NCBI GenBank assembly: GCA_030295235.1 | Contig: AP026172.1 | Location: forward strand, 310,001 to 374,000 | Source: Fistulifera solaris | Taxonomy: Eukaryota | Direction of reading: 5' to 3' | DNA length: 64,000 nt | Part shown: one piece after another, positions 23,880-35,490 of the stretch | How the letters are laid out: every line of letters starts with the position of its first letter | Position numbering within the stretch: the stretch's first letter is position 1 | The notes under the pieces: model-generated | The model's input: only the letters and a program-made list of their open reading frames with translations | Databases searched by the model: none | What the model was told of the DNA's origin: nothing | Translations under genes and position numbers: made by a program

Positions 23880-26800
23880 ATTAATGGGCATAATGTTGCC
23901 TGATGGCGAAGGCCGAAGGAAGCCATTGATAGGAGGAGAAGTCGGATCGGGAAGTTTGGCAGGATCGGAGCTCAAAAAATAATAACCAGCCGCACGGGAC
24001 CTTGCTTCGGATACACTGAGATAAGAAGCATCGCTGTCGATCCACAAGATCATGTCACTGGCCCGATAGCGGACAACACTGGACGGATGAGATGCACAGT
24101 AATTGAGTAGCTGCGTTAACGTCTCCATGGTTTTCATTGTAGGCTTGGCCTGACACACTCGCGATGGACCCCAATGCCGGTAACATTTGTCGATGGCCCG
24201 AGCGTAATATAATAAAACGCCAAGGATTTGTTGTAACAAGTTGATGTTCTTTGCATCCAAATGTGGCTGCAAGTTCGATGCGTTTGTTGGCGCCTGTGCT
24301 GTGATGATGCTGAGGCACCCGTCAGTGATTACACGGTTTTGGCCTTGGCTTTGCGGGGCGTGGGCAACGGTGGGTAGTCATCTTGAAGGGGGTGTCTGCC
24401 GAACGGAAATGGATAGGCGAGGCAAGAGGCGTACTGGGGACATCAGGGGCAAAGGTCACGGATTTGCGAATGGGGGTTCGGACAGGTACAGCGAGGGAGG
24501 GGCTTTTGGTTGGGGCACCCAATAATGCGTCAACAAGATTTTTGGCTCAGCAACGTGACTGTCGGCCGTGGGCAGAAGAGGGGAAGTGACGGATGTGGTA
24601 CGTAATGCCTGAGTGACATCACGTAAGCCAGCCAACAAGAGATCGGATGCCGAAGAAGTGGGCATTGTGACGTGCGTCGGAAACCATTCCAATGTGTTGG
24701 TGATGTGTTCCGTTTTGGTATCCCATATCCAGACACAAAAACACGGATAGGAATCAAGTGCAGGCCCAAGATACCAGCCTTCAACAGCGTGCGAAGCCCA
24801 CGAGGCATGTTGCCCCGGCTTTTTGTGAACCAATACTTTGGTGCCGGGAGGTCCAAACAGGGTTCAATCAAAATTAAAGGCGCCATAAACTTGGGCATAA
24901 GCCAAAAGTTTGGGATTGATTCGAGAAGCGCAAAGAAGGTTGAGAGTAAGCAGCGCCTGGGGAACTAATTGATCCCAAAGATGAAGGGGGAAGTTGCGGT
25001 CGGTACTGCACAATCCCGCAATGAAATGATTTTGAAAAGTGTGGATGGCGATTCGGCTGCGTTGCAGCGATGCACATGCGTTGGTGTGAGTTGAAAGTCA
25101 ATGTTGGCATCCCCCATGAACTCTTTCAATGAAATGTCACATTCGTTGTCCAGGCGATGTAAGCGAGGCTTAAGACCGGCACGGCATAATGTTGTATGGA
25201 CGGTTTTGAAAGCCGCCAAGATGTCAAAAGCTTTGCGACTGGCGATGGGCTCAGCGAAGATGCAGTTGCTGTCATAGTCATACATGACAAACAGATAGTT
25301 GTTACCGGTGCTGGAGAGGGCCGGAAAACGTCCGGTTTGGTCGCTATATTTCTGGCCGGTGGGCTGAATAATGCCGGCAAAACAATGGTGAGAGAGTTCA
25401 GCGTCCGATGCCGGAGGGGGGAAAGCATCGTCTAGTGTAGCTGCCTTGTTGATTGGGGGTTTAGCGAAGGACAAAATACCGCGGCGCTTGGTGGAGGCCG
25501 AAGGTTTTTGCGAATTTGGTCCATATGACCCTTAGCTGTGGCAACAGAGAGAGGTGGATGCTGACAAAGCGTCACACGAAAGGCCAGGGAAATGAGGCAG
25601 TAAATCCCGCTGAAGAGCAACATTCAAAGTGGACAAGGCCGGGGAAAATAATGCCGCATGTGCAAATGCGACCAAAGATGCCGGAGTGGTGATGGCAACA
25701 CTAGCATTAGCTGACTCTGACAGAAAATCCGAGTCAACAGTATCCTGAGTCACGGGTAAAACGGTAGCACCCTCAGACACCTCCGCGGGTTGGGGCGGGG
25801 ACGGGGCACCCTCAGACATGAGGGCTTGTGAGCTGATGAGACACTGCTCACCCACAGACACAGACGGACTGACAATGGCGTGCGTGGGTGCGACACACCC
25901 TCAGACACCGCCAAGGGTGACAGAGGAGATGACTACGAGACATCCGCAGACACTGCCAGAGGGGCGTTCGACAAACGCGGGGACGATTCCCTCACAGACT
26001 CCGCCATGGTGGTAAACGCGACGGCAGTGCATGGCGCACCCTCAGACATGGGGGAAGGAGAGGGAAGAGGCAAAGTCCACAATTTGGTGACCGGGCGCCA
26101 AACCAGACAAGATAACTGCACCATTGTAATGGACATGAATATTGTGTGCAGTGAACTCAACACGACAACCTGCATCACAAAGCTGACCGATAGACAGAAG
26201 CGGTTTGGTGTGTAGATTGGGGACAATATGTGCCCGCCGGGCAGAAAGTGGCAAAGCTGGCAACGCAAGAATTGCATCATGAGTGGAGTACATGAGGGTG
26301 CCATTGGGGTTGGCAATGGTAATGGGATTGGTGGTGGGCACGCAGGACTCAACAGGTGTGTCAACAGGTAAAAAGTGGCTGGTGCAGCCGGAGTTGGCAA
26401 TGCCATCGGTAAAGGGAGAAATACGGGCGGGAGGACCTACAGTAGAAACATTAAATGCTGATTCAGAAGTATTAATATCGGTATCAGGTTGTATAATGTG
26501 TACTGTAGGCTTCCCCCGTCCTCATGCTTGAGCAGAGGGAGCAGCAGGAGCATGAGGAGCCCGACGGCCACCGATGTTGATCTTGTTGCTACCCTTGGTG
26601 CTCTTCGCCGACTTGAGTGTGGCAGTGTGAACGTGTCCATCCGCCAGGTGGTTGCATTTTTGCTGGTATGCTCAGCGTTCAAACCAAGACCGTGCATCAA
26701 GCAATAATACATGCGAAAACCCCCTTCCGCGACCACTTCAAACAGATTCGTGAGTGCAGGTGTCGTGGTACTCGCGAGCGGCAACGCCGGTGGGACGGTA

Positions 26801-27340
26801 GCAGGGATTGTAGTACCAGCTGCATTTGCCTGTTGATATCCCGTGGAAGAGGTGGTGAGTTGTTCTTGCAATGCCTTGTGTTCCGCGGTGAAATATTCCA
26901 CAAAGTTTTCTTAAGTTTTGTCTGCTTCGGGACGACGACGCCAAGCATCAATGGCCGACTGAAGTGTGCCATGGCCTGCAGTTGCAAAAATTTTGAGAGT
27001 GTGATCCATCACAGCACAATCTGACAATGGTTCTTCCGCCACGACAGCAAAATCACGGATTTCCACATGGCGATTCCACAATGCCTGAATGGGCTCGTCG
27101 GACGTCCACGCGGTGGCAAGGCTGAGACGATTGGTTTCAATCTCGGCGGCCGTTATCTTGGTGAACTTGTCCTTAAGATAGACCAGCATGGTATACGCCC
27201 GACACCTGACTGGTTTCCAAGCATAATCAATACAAAACTCCCCTTCGCGTTAGTAAACTGGTTGTCTCGGTATCAGCAGTATGCCGTGTCCGGAACCTCG
27301 GCAGCCCTTTGCTACGCTCACACGACAACCAATCAGGGTA
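23880..27340 (-). mobile_element. Degenerate Ty1/Copia LTR-retrotransposon relic (CoDi-like): gag, protease, integrase, RT C-terminus and RNase H start; no LTRs recognised
   Basis: gag YYC..HG..HTS; protease IA(N)SGCTSHF and LLSIGQLCDAGC; integrase YSDQTGRFP, YDYDSN, RLDNE, GWYLGPA; LLYYARAID..RYRASDMIL.IDSDASYLS..ARSRAAG. Confidence 0.9.
25767..26051 (-). repeat. dispersed direct repeats (G/A)CACCCTCAGACA on + strand (SEG[AV] peptide) inside the Copia relic
   Basis: Copies at about 25767, 25806, 25895 and 26036; degenerate copies at about 25849 and 25989. Confidence 0.8.
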
Positions 27341-27749
27341 CCGGTAACGGTGACTTAAAACTTGAATTGCAAGCCTGGCATTCATTAACAATCTAATCAT
27401 CTCATAACTGTGCGTCGATGTCCAACGATACGTCAAACCTCAAACCTCAAAGATCGATCACATCGCAGCGTTACAAGAACTGTATTGCCAGGTACACATG
27501 GAATATCAAATACCTCGAACGAATACCGTCCTTAAAGAAAAAATATAAAGCATGTTTTGTATCACCAACAATCTTGAACTCTCTTCGCCTCTGCGACATT
27601 TGCAAAGGATCTATTTTCTTTTCCATTCGTCGCGACGGGCGAGAGGAAAGGGAAGGAGTCGCATTCTCCTTTGTCTTTAGAGAGTGGTGTCAACAAAGAA
27701 ACAAACGAAACAGTATCTGTTAACAACCAAGCATTTCCGAAAAATCATC

Positions 27750-28446
27750 ATGACAACTTACTATAAGGTTCTAGAGGTATCAGCGGACGCGTCTCTTTTG
27801 GACATCAAAAAAGCTTATCGACGTTTAGCGCTGCAGCATCATCCCGATCGGAATCACGGAAGCGCCGCATCGACGGAGCGTTTTAAAGGCATCAGTGAAG
27901 CATACGAAGTCCTTTCGGATCCGGAACGAAGGAAAGAATACAATCGAAGTCTGCTGCTCGGGAAATCTACAACAACAGCGCGACCTCCCTGTACAACACC
28001 ACCTCATTATAGGAATCCGTACGATCAATTCGATGACTTATTCCGCAATGATCCGTTTTTCAGCGAGGCGTTTCGCGATTTGGACGATGCTTTCGTACGA
28101 AACTTTCAAAACAAGGCCCCGCGATCGCAGAAACACCCGCAAGGTTGGCTTCCCTGGATTTTTGAACATGTGTGGTATTGACTTGCAGATGAGCACCACC
28201 TACCGATCGAACGATGGTACCTTCACCGCAACTCAATACAGTTCCAAGGCAGGAAAGACGTACACGGACCGCAAGACGCGAACGTATCGAGATGAGCGGG
28301 GTCGGCAAGTCACCGTGCACTCTATGGAAAAAGATGGTGATAAGATAGAAGACAAGTACATTGATCACGTGCGGGTAGAGAGAACCATCAATGGAGTCCG
28401 ATTGCCCATCGAATCGGTCATGTCGGAAGACTCGGGGATACAATGA
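27750..28446 (+). CDS. DnaJ/Hsp40 protein (DNAJB6-like; frameshift at about 28160)
   Basis: YYKVLEV..IKKAYRRLALQHHPDRN..ISEAYEVLSDPERRKEY. Confidence 0.88.
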
Positions 28447-30230
28447 TGACATAAAAAACGCTTTCCTGTTGTCGATTATTTTATTTGCGACAAGGATGAG
28501 CCTTGGGAAATGCTCTTCCCGTCCTTCATGTTACTTTTTGTCAACTTTCCCGTTGATATTGTTGAGGAAAGTTTATGCCAAGACCCATCGACTCTCGGCA
28601 TCGGCAAGAGCTTGTAGAAACTTTTGAGACTTACAGTCACTGAAAGCAAACGAGGGTAACGGAAGCGATTTTTTAATGATGCCGACCGACTTCCGTCACT
28701 ACGACTCGACCGTTGCCAAGAGTAGTCCTAGACTAATCATGTCCATAACTCCATTTAATCGTCCCGCGGATTAGTTCTTTGTTGCAGATCGTCTTTGTAG
28801 CTGCTGAAAGAACAAATGCAGTGCGGGGAATCGACGCGGGCAGAGTCGCCAAGTGAACTTTTAGTTAGAGACTTTCATCATCATCATCTCAACTTTCATG
28901 GAGTGCGTTTTTCGTTTTATAGATATACTCGGCTATAGGCGACGAATGCATTGCATCCTCGATACTTTACGTGGAAAAAACTCCCAAATTTATCATCTAA
29001 AACGTGACTATAGTCCCAAGTGTAGGTTTAAGGTCACCAGGACTACCTGTCGTGAGTCACGATTGCGTAATGCATCGCATCTCTCGAAAATAATGGCAGA
29101 TGATCATCCTACTACAGCTGTTTGCATAATGGCCCAGACTTCATGTAGGCTCCGTAGAAGCCTACCACAACGGAGTTGAGTCGCGGTCCGACTACTCCTC
29201 CGCCCTACTGCCATCGCGACAAATCTCGTGTTGTTTTCGAGAATGCCGATCCTATCATTACATTGCTAATAACACTTGCAGACTGCTTTAGTCAGGCACG
29301 ATCAACACACATATTGTTCCTTTTTTTATTTAGCGTCGATTGGTATATATATCGTGCCTGACTCGCAACATTTCGGTTCTTAAAACTGTCGGTGAAAATT
29401 GGCACACGTTTGTGTGCAGTGATGACTCGCCGCTATAAAGACAAATGGATTTGTGGAGAGCATTTCCTTCAGACCTTGAAAGATCATCACCTAGCACTCA
29501 AAGAGAGCTTGGTTCAACAAAATTGACACGATCATTGTTGAAGAAAGCCGTTCCAATCATGAAATCGATGATGAAGACGGAAGTGACGATATGGACAAGT
29601 TGCCGTCAGAGGGCGAAATAGAGGATGAAACAGACTAAACAGCGCTGGATCGCTTCAGCGCTCATGGCAGAGTACTAATTTCATGTAATTTCAACTTACT
29701 TTATCAAGAAATTCGCTTTAAGATGCAGCAACATGAACAAGAATGGTAATGAGGGCATGTTGCAAGTTGCAAGAAGGGAGCGAGATTTTGCGCGAAACGG
29801 TGCGTGCCTGTCGGTCGTGTGACGATGCGTGACTGACCTGGGACTGAAATGAAACCGACCATTTGTTCAAAAAAAGGTAGGTTTAAAAAGAATTGATGAC
29901 AAGAAATTGCTGTCAAATATGATTAGTGTCAGTATGATCAGAATTTATTTTCTGAAAAAGATGCTTTTTCAGTCAAATCATAGGTTTTCGTGAAGTAGAC
30001 TTAGCTCGTACGCGAAAATGGCACGTAGATTTTGTACTATCCGGTACATTTTCTACGAAATTTACATAGGTCAGTGACCGGAAGCAAACAGCTGTACGTA
30101 AATGATAGAGTAATTATAACGATGCATGATAATGTCCAGATGTTTTATTAATTTGAATATTGAGAAGTCGGTTAATGGGTTGAACCAAGAGTCAGCTACG
30201 AGAAGAAGAATCTTTTAAAAGACGACGACG

Positions 30231-31663
30231 ATGCTTTCGCAATCACTGCGACGCTTGCGACCGATTTGGGGGGAACGTGCAACTACTAGGTCTCGTTACT
30301 CGCCTCTCGGGATTTACCTTTCTCAAGGTCATAGCAGCACTCATAGCCATACGGATAGTCAGGACGACAATACACGCGAATGGGATTATCAGTTCAAAAA
30401 ACTCCGCAAACACATTCAAGACATTGAAGCAGGAAAACGACGGAATGCCGACATTCCGTATCCACAAAACGACCCCGTCTTGGCGAAATGGATGAAACTT
30501 CAGAGGAACGCCTACTATTCTCGGCTAGAAGGCAAAACTAGTCCTTTAACACAACAGCAAAAAGAAAAACTCGAAGCTATCGGCTATCCCAATCCTACAC
30601 ATTCAAAGTTCTGGGAGAAACGATTTTTCCAACTAGAAGAGTTTGTGCGGGCACATGGCTGTTTTCCGTACGATCAAGAGCTCTCTGCGCTTTCGGATGC
30701 GGATCGGAAGCTTTATTGGTGGTGTGAGAGTCAGAAAAAGGCCTACAAATTGCATCGAGCTGGACAAACTTCGTCCATGACGGCCGAAAGAGAAGAAAAA
30801 TTGAGTCAGTTGGGAATTTGCTGGAATGCAGACGAAGAGAGTTGGCACAATCGGTACCAAGAACTGGCAGAATATCGTAAAGAACACGGAGACTGTCTCG
30901 TACCGGCGAATTACGTCAATGCGTCGCTTGCGAAGTGGGTGGGGCAACAACGATTTCATTACAAACTATTCCTTGAGGGAAAACCGGGTGGTATCGCGAA
31001 GGAGCGTATTGATTTGCTCAATGAATTAGATTTCGTATGGAATGCATTTGATGCAATTTGGTCGGCACGATACGAGGAGTTGCGTCAGTATCATGAGCGT
31101 CACGGTAACTGTCGTGTCCTTTCGAGTACCCCGAAAATCCAGGCTTGGCTTTCTGGGTATTTGAACAAAGGAGAACTTACAAAGCAAGGAACGGAATGCC
31201 AGAAGAGAGAATTCAACAGCTCGAAGAATTGGGTTTTGAATGGAATGTACAAGATGCTAAATGGTGGGATCAGTACAACGAGCTGCGAAAGTATCATCAA
31301 CAACGCGGTGATTGCTTGGTCCCGACAAAATACCGGGCGAACCAATATCTTTCAAATTGGGTACAACGACAGCGAAAACTCGGCAAAAGTGAAGAAGTTG
31401 ATCAAGAACGCATCCGTGCACTAGAGTCGCTCGATTTTTGTTGGGACGCGCGAGATGCGCTTTGGATGAAACGATACAAAGAACTTGAAGAATACGTAAA
31501 AATGAACGGATACGGAAATGCTCCTTCGGCCAAGCATCTTCCATCACTGAGAAGATGGTTCAGCAACCAAGTGAAACAGCAAAGGCTTCGCTTGGAAGGA
31601 CAACCGAGTAGTATGACTGAAAGTCGATTGCAACGATTGAAGAAACTGGGCTTTATTCTTTAG
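30231..31663 (+). CDS. Helicase-associated (HA) repeat protein, six repeats (frameshift at about 31150)
   Basis: Repeated W..RY.EL..Y...HG.C.VP...L..WV..QR...RI..L..L.F.W units. Confidence 0.88.
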
Positions 31664-31796
31664 CTATAAAATTAGCCTAGGTATTAGAAGCGCGATGAAG
31701 ACGGTGCATTATCTCAGTTCTTAAATAAACACCATTTGCTGGTGACGGGTAATTGGACCCGGAGTATTATTCATCAGTAGCTTGGTCGCTGACGCT

Positions 31797-33845
31797 TTAC
31801 TTGCGCTTTTGTGGAGGCGTGAAGAAGTCGTTCATATCCATCCCAAAATATTCTTCAAAATCTGCAATGGTGGATAGAAGATCGGTGAGATCCAAATCAA
31901 GTGTGAAAAAAGTACAAGCGGTATCCTTACCGTCAAAGCGCAAACCGAGGCCCGAAAAGTCACTTTTGACTTCGTTCCACATATTCCCTCTCGACTCCAT
32001 CTTATCGGCTAGTTTCGCTCTCCTTTGCAGTTCCTCGAACCCCCATGTAGCCTCATCCGATGTAGTGAAACATCCAAAGTAGCCATGAGGGACGGCAATG
32101 CCTAGTGAAAGTCGAGTGATCGGTCCGTGTGATACGTCGTTCGCATTCAATATAATCAGCTCACTTTTCTTTCTTTTTTCCATTGTACAAAACAGATAAG
32201 ATGTAACCGGAATTTTCGGAAACTTCACCACATTTTCTAGGTGCGTACATGGGTTCACCACAGAATTCATATGCCTCAGGCAACCAGCTTTGAACTTGTT
32301 GTGTCTCACAATCAAAACAGGCAATGCCCTGCGGTGGAGCTGCTTGTGCTCCAGTAACACCGACATTCATGTAAATGTACCTATGACGTTGTGTGCAACA
32401 TTCTGGATTTATCAATCCAAAGCTGGAATGGTCTTGATATAGTCTCGTCTTTGTGACCACTCCCCGGCGTATATCAATTGTATACCGCCATAAGGACTTC
32501 TGAGACGCAACGGCACGGTACTGTTCGAGCGACTCGGCCCAAGGCCACTGCAGTGATTTTCTAGCATCGAGCGACGAACTATCGGACCGAATGGCGTCCA
32601 AGATTATGTCATCACCATCTTCGTAGGCGTTAATGAATTGTGCATTAGCGTCCGAAACGTCATCAACCGGAATAGAAAAACTTGCCGGAGCTTTGCCACT
32701 ACCAGGTCGTGGAATCAAATGCAACATGGCGGGTCCATTCCCAATAGTCAGAACGGAACCAGGCTCTTTAGACAAAATGAATTTCATCCCATTTACTGAG
32801 ATATCCGGCTGTACAAACACTCCATAGTTCTTAGTAGCAGCAAAATCATTGATGAGCGCCAAGCCAGGTACATTCGTCAAGGAACGACCTCCTTCCACCA
32901 AAGCGAAGTTGGCGTCGAACTCGTAGGTAACAATCTCGGATTGTTTCGCACCTGTTTCCACAGCATGGAACAAAGCTCGTTTCTGGATGGGATCGTACAC
33001 CATTTTACAACTGAAGGGCATTTCGTCTTTCGGAATGGCGCCGCCCAATCGGGATCGTCCTTCGGTCGACAACGCCAAGGCGTCCATTTTAAACGGTTGA
33101 CCTCCATCCCATAGACTGATCAATCGTTTCGCCCAATACACAGGTCTCGTATTCGATGTATTTTTACGCAAACGATTCAATCCGGGTTGTAAATGATACC
33201 GAAACAGCGGCAGCGGGATATCATTGGCCAAGGATGGTCCCAATTGACGTGTCGAGTCCATACCTTGGTACAATTTCATGCCCTTTTGCGTTCATTAGTG
33301 AATCCGGGTGTACGGACGTATCGAAAACGAGCCGTCACTTCCACTGACGATCCCTCATCGCCGTCGTTCGTGCGAGGAGAAAAAGTGATTCCGAGTATGG
33401 CACCATCTCCTTCGTACGGATGTTGTACCATACGCTCGGGTTGTTGACCATCGGGAACAGGATCCTGTTTGGGTTGTACAATCACCGTTTTGGGTGGCTT
33501 GATGGAGCCCGCACTGAACATGGCTGGACCGGAACGATAGTAACTGCCCACTAAATCGTCGGGAATTTCTCCCTGGGTGGGTGTGCACAAATGATAGGGC
33601 AATTCTGTGAACACGGTCGTATAGCCGGACGCGAAAGCGGTCATGTCGGGTTCTTTGCTTGTTGACGAAGGCGTTGTCGTCGTTGAAGATTCTTCCTGAG
33701 GTATCGTCGCCATACTATACCTTTTCCATGTCCTGATTTTATTGTCTGACAAGGGCGATTGAAATGCAATGACCGGGCGCGATCCGAGCATTATCATTGA
33801 TAATGTCAAAACACAGGATAGATCTGCCGCTGATACAGACCTCAT
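31797..33845 (-). CDS. Carotenoid cleavage oxygenase (RPE65/ACO) family protein, plastid-type presequence; frameshifts at about 33283 and 32175; probable intron 31930-31862
   Basis: GEIPDDLVGSYYRSGP, HPYEGDG, RFRYVRT, NTSNT, LWDGGQP, FCGEPMYAP, GYILSV..SELIILNA; presequence VIA-FQSP. Confidence 0.85.
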
Positions 33846-33882
33846 TGTGATGTTTGCTCTTCGTCTTGATGGTAACGTGGCA

Positions 33883-33918
33883 GAGTATGTAAATCGTTTG
33901 GAGTATGTAAATCGTTTG
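33883..33918. repeat. 18-bp perfect tandem duplication upstream of the CCD-like gene
   Basis: GAGTATGTAAATCGTTTG x2. Confidence 0.9.
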
Positions 33919-34582
33919 GTTCAATCAACGTCTATGTTGAGAAAATGAATATCAGATGCGGTAAACGGGGTCGTTGTGAAAATTCGAGGATAGGACTTGC
34001 TTTTGTTCTTTCTTCCTTTCAACAAAATTTTTCCTTACCTTTTTTCTCTTTCGGTCGCTCTGAATCATTTCCTCGATTATTGCGACGATGATGTAACGGA
34101 CGCATGCTGCAATACTTGGTATGTAATGCGGACGAGTAATGTAGGCGCCGACAGAAATAATGCATGCAAAGGAACGTCATCGCGCGCCGCCCGCGCCTCT
34201 GCAGAGGAATACCGTATAGCCGCCGCACAGACAAGCACTCGGGACTCGGTGGTTGGTGCTTTTCTACTTCAACAATCGCAAAGGGAACTAAGTATTGGGG
34301 AAGGCAATCAAGAGAGAGAGAGAGAGAATAATGACTCTTCCAATAATTGTTTGTGTTTATTAGGTAGTTCGAAAGCACTTCCTGCGTACAATGATGTAAT
34401 AGTCGACTTGCTCCCAGGTCCCCACTCAATGCTCCAACTATCTGTTCCAAGTGTTTGAACTTTTCTTTCCATCATCTTCTTTAAGCACTTCCAAGCTATA
34501 ATTGGGCCGCGCGGTAGGGATCCTGTCGCCTTCATATTGCAAGTGAAGAAACCAGTATTAAAAATCATGTTTCACAACAAAC

Positions 34583-35132
34583 TCACAACGCCGCGGAAGT
34601 GTCCTCCGTTGCCGACTTTTCGTCGTCTAGAAGTGCAGACGATTCATCGTTTGTTTTAATCTTCTTTTGTTGACTTCCCACTACCACCACTTCTCTCTTT
34701 TTGTGACGAAATGGAGCGTGTTCCGTCGCCATGGCCAATTCTTCCACAACGAATTGCGTCGCATCGTTCTCCTTCGGCCGTACCTGAGCCAGAATTAAAG
34801 TTTTGTGCAAATCGGGCATACTTCGTACCAATGATTGCATTTGTCGCCAGTCCAAGTAGCCGTCTATATGATGCAGCAACAATATATTAGTCCAAGAGCC
34901 CGTTTGAACGCAACAAAGTCACGACTTTGCGACAAAACAATCCAACAAAATATGCCGTACCTTCCCGCACAACATGAACACAAAAGTCTGAGTGTACTCG
35001 AGAAGGATCATCGGCATACAAGACCAATTCGCAACCAAACTGCAATCCAGAATGCACCCGGTAACCCTTGGCTTGGAAATGCTTCCGGACGATGCGGACG
35101 CGCGATTCCCACGGATCCGATAGAGCTTCCAT
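34583..35132 (-). CDS. tRNA-splicing endonuclease catalytic subunit (SEN2/SEN34-like; intron 34960-34864)
   Basis: KGYRVHSGLQFGCELVLY..P..VHS..SLVR...LHKTLIL, with the Tyr/His/Lys triad positions present. Confidence 0.8.
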
Positions 35133-35490
35133 TCTTTTGCGTCGTCAGGATTATAAATGATTAATTGAAAGTCAAGTTTTAACAAATCCACAAAGCTAGA
35201 ATACCGGTAAAGAAGTCAGGCAATCTTATTGAAGATATTCTGCAAAAGAAATAAATATGCGGTGCGATGACGATGAGCATACTTTGTAGACGCGCAGACG
35301 GACGAACGGAGCTTGTTAACGGTGACTATACTACTTCATAGAGTGTAGGCTTGCTTTTTCCGACGACGTGAGACTCAATGAAAGAAACCCAGTCCCGGAA
35401 CCTGTTGACCGCGATTTACATTTTTCATTTCATTCCATCATTTTCCTCAGATTGTTCAGCTTGATTGTCTTGAACGAATCATCCATAACA

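Noticed and set aside
25767..26051. CRISPR-like repeat-spacer array
   Set aside because: Repeats are about 12-14 nt, irregularly spaced, inside a eukaryotic retrotransposon ORF, with no cas genes
29380..29830. Acidic and Cys-containing peptide fragments that may be a TE or gene remnant
   Set aside because: Interrupted by stops with no identifiable domain
33997..34568. Overlapping ORFs on both strands
   Set aside because: No motifs; contains a GA microsatellite; probably intergenic
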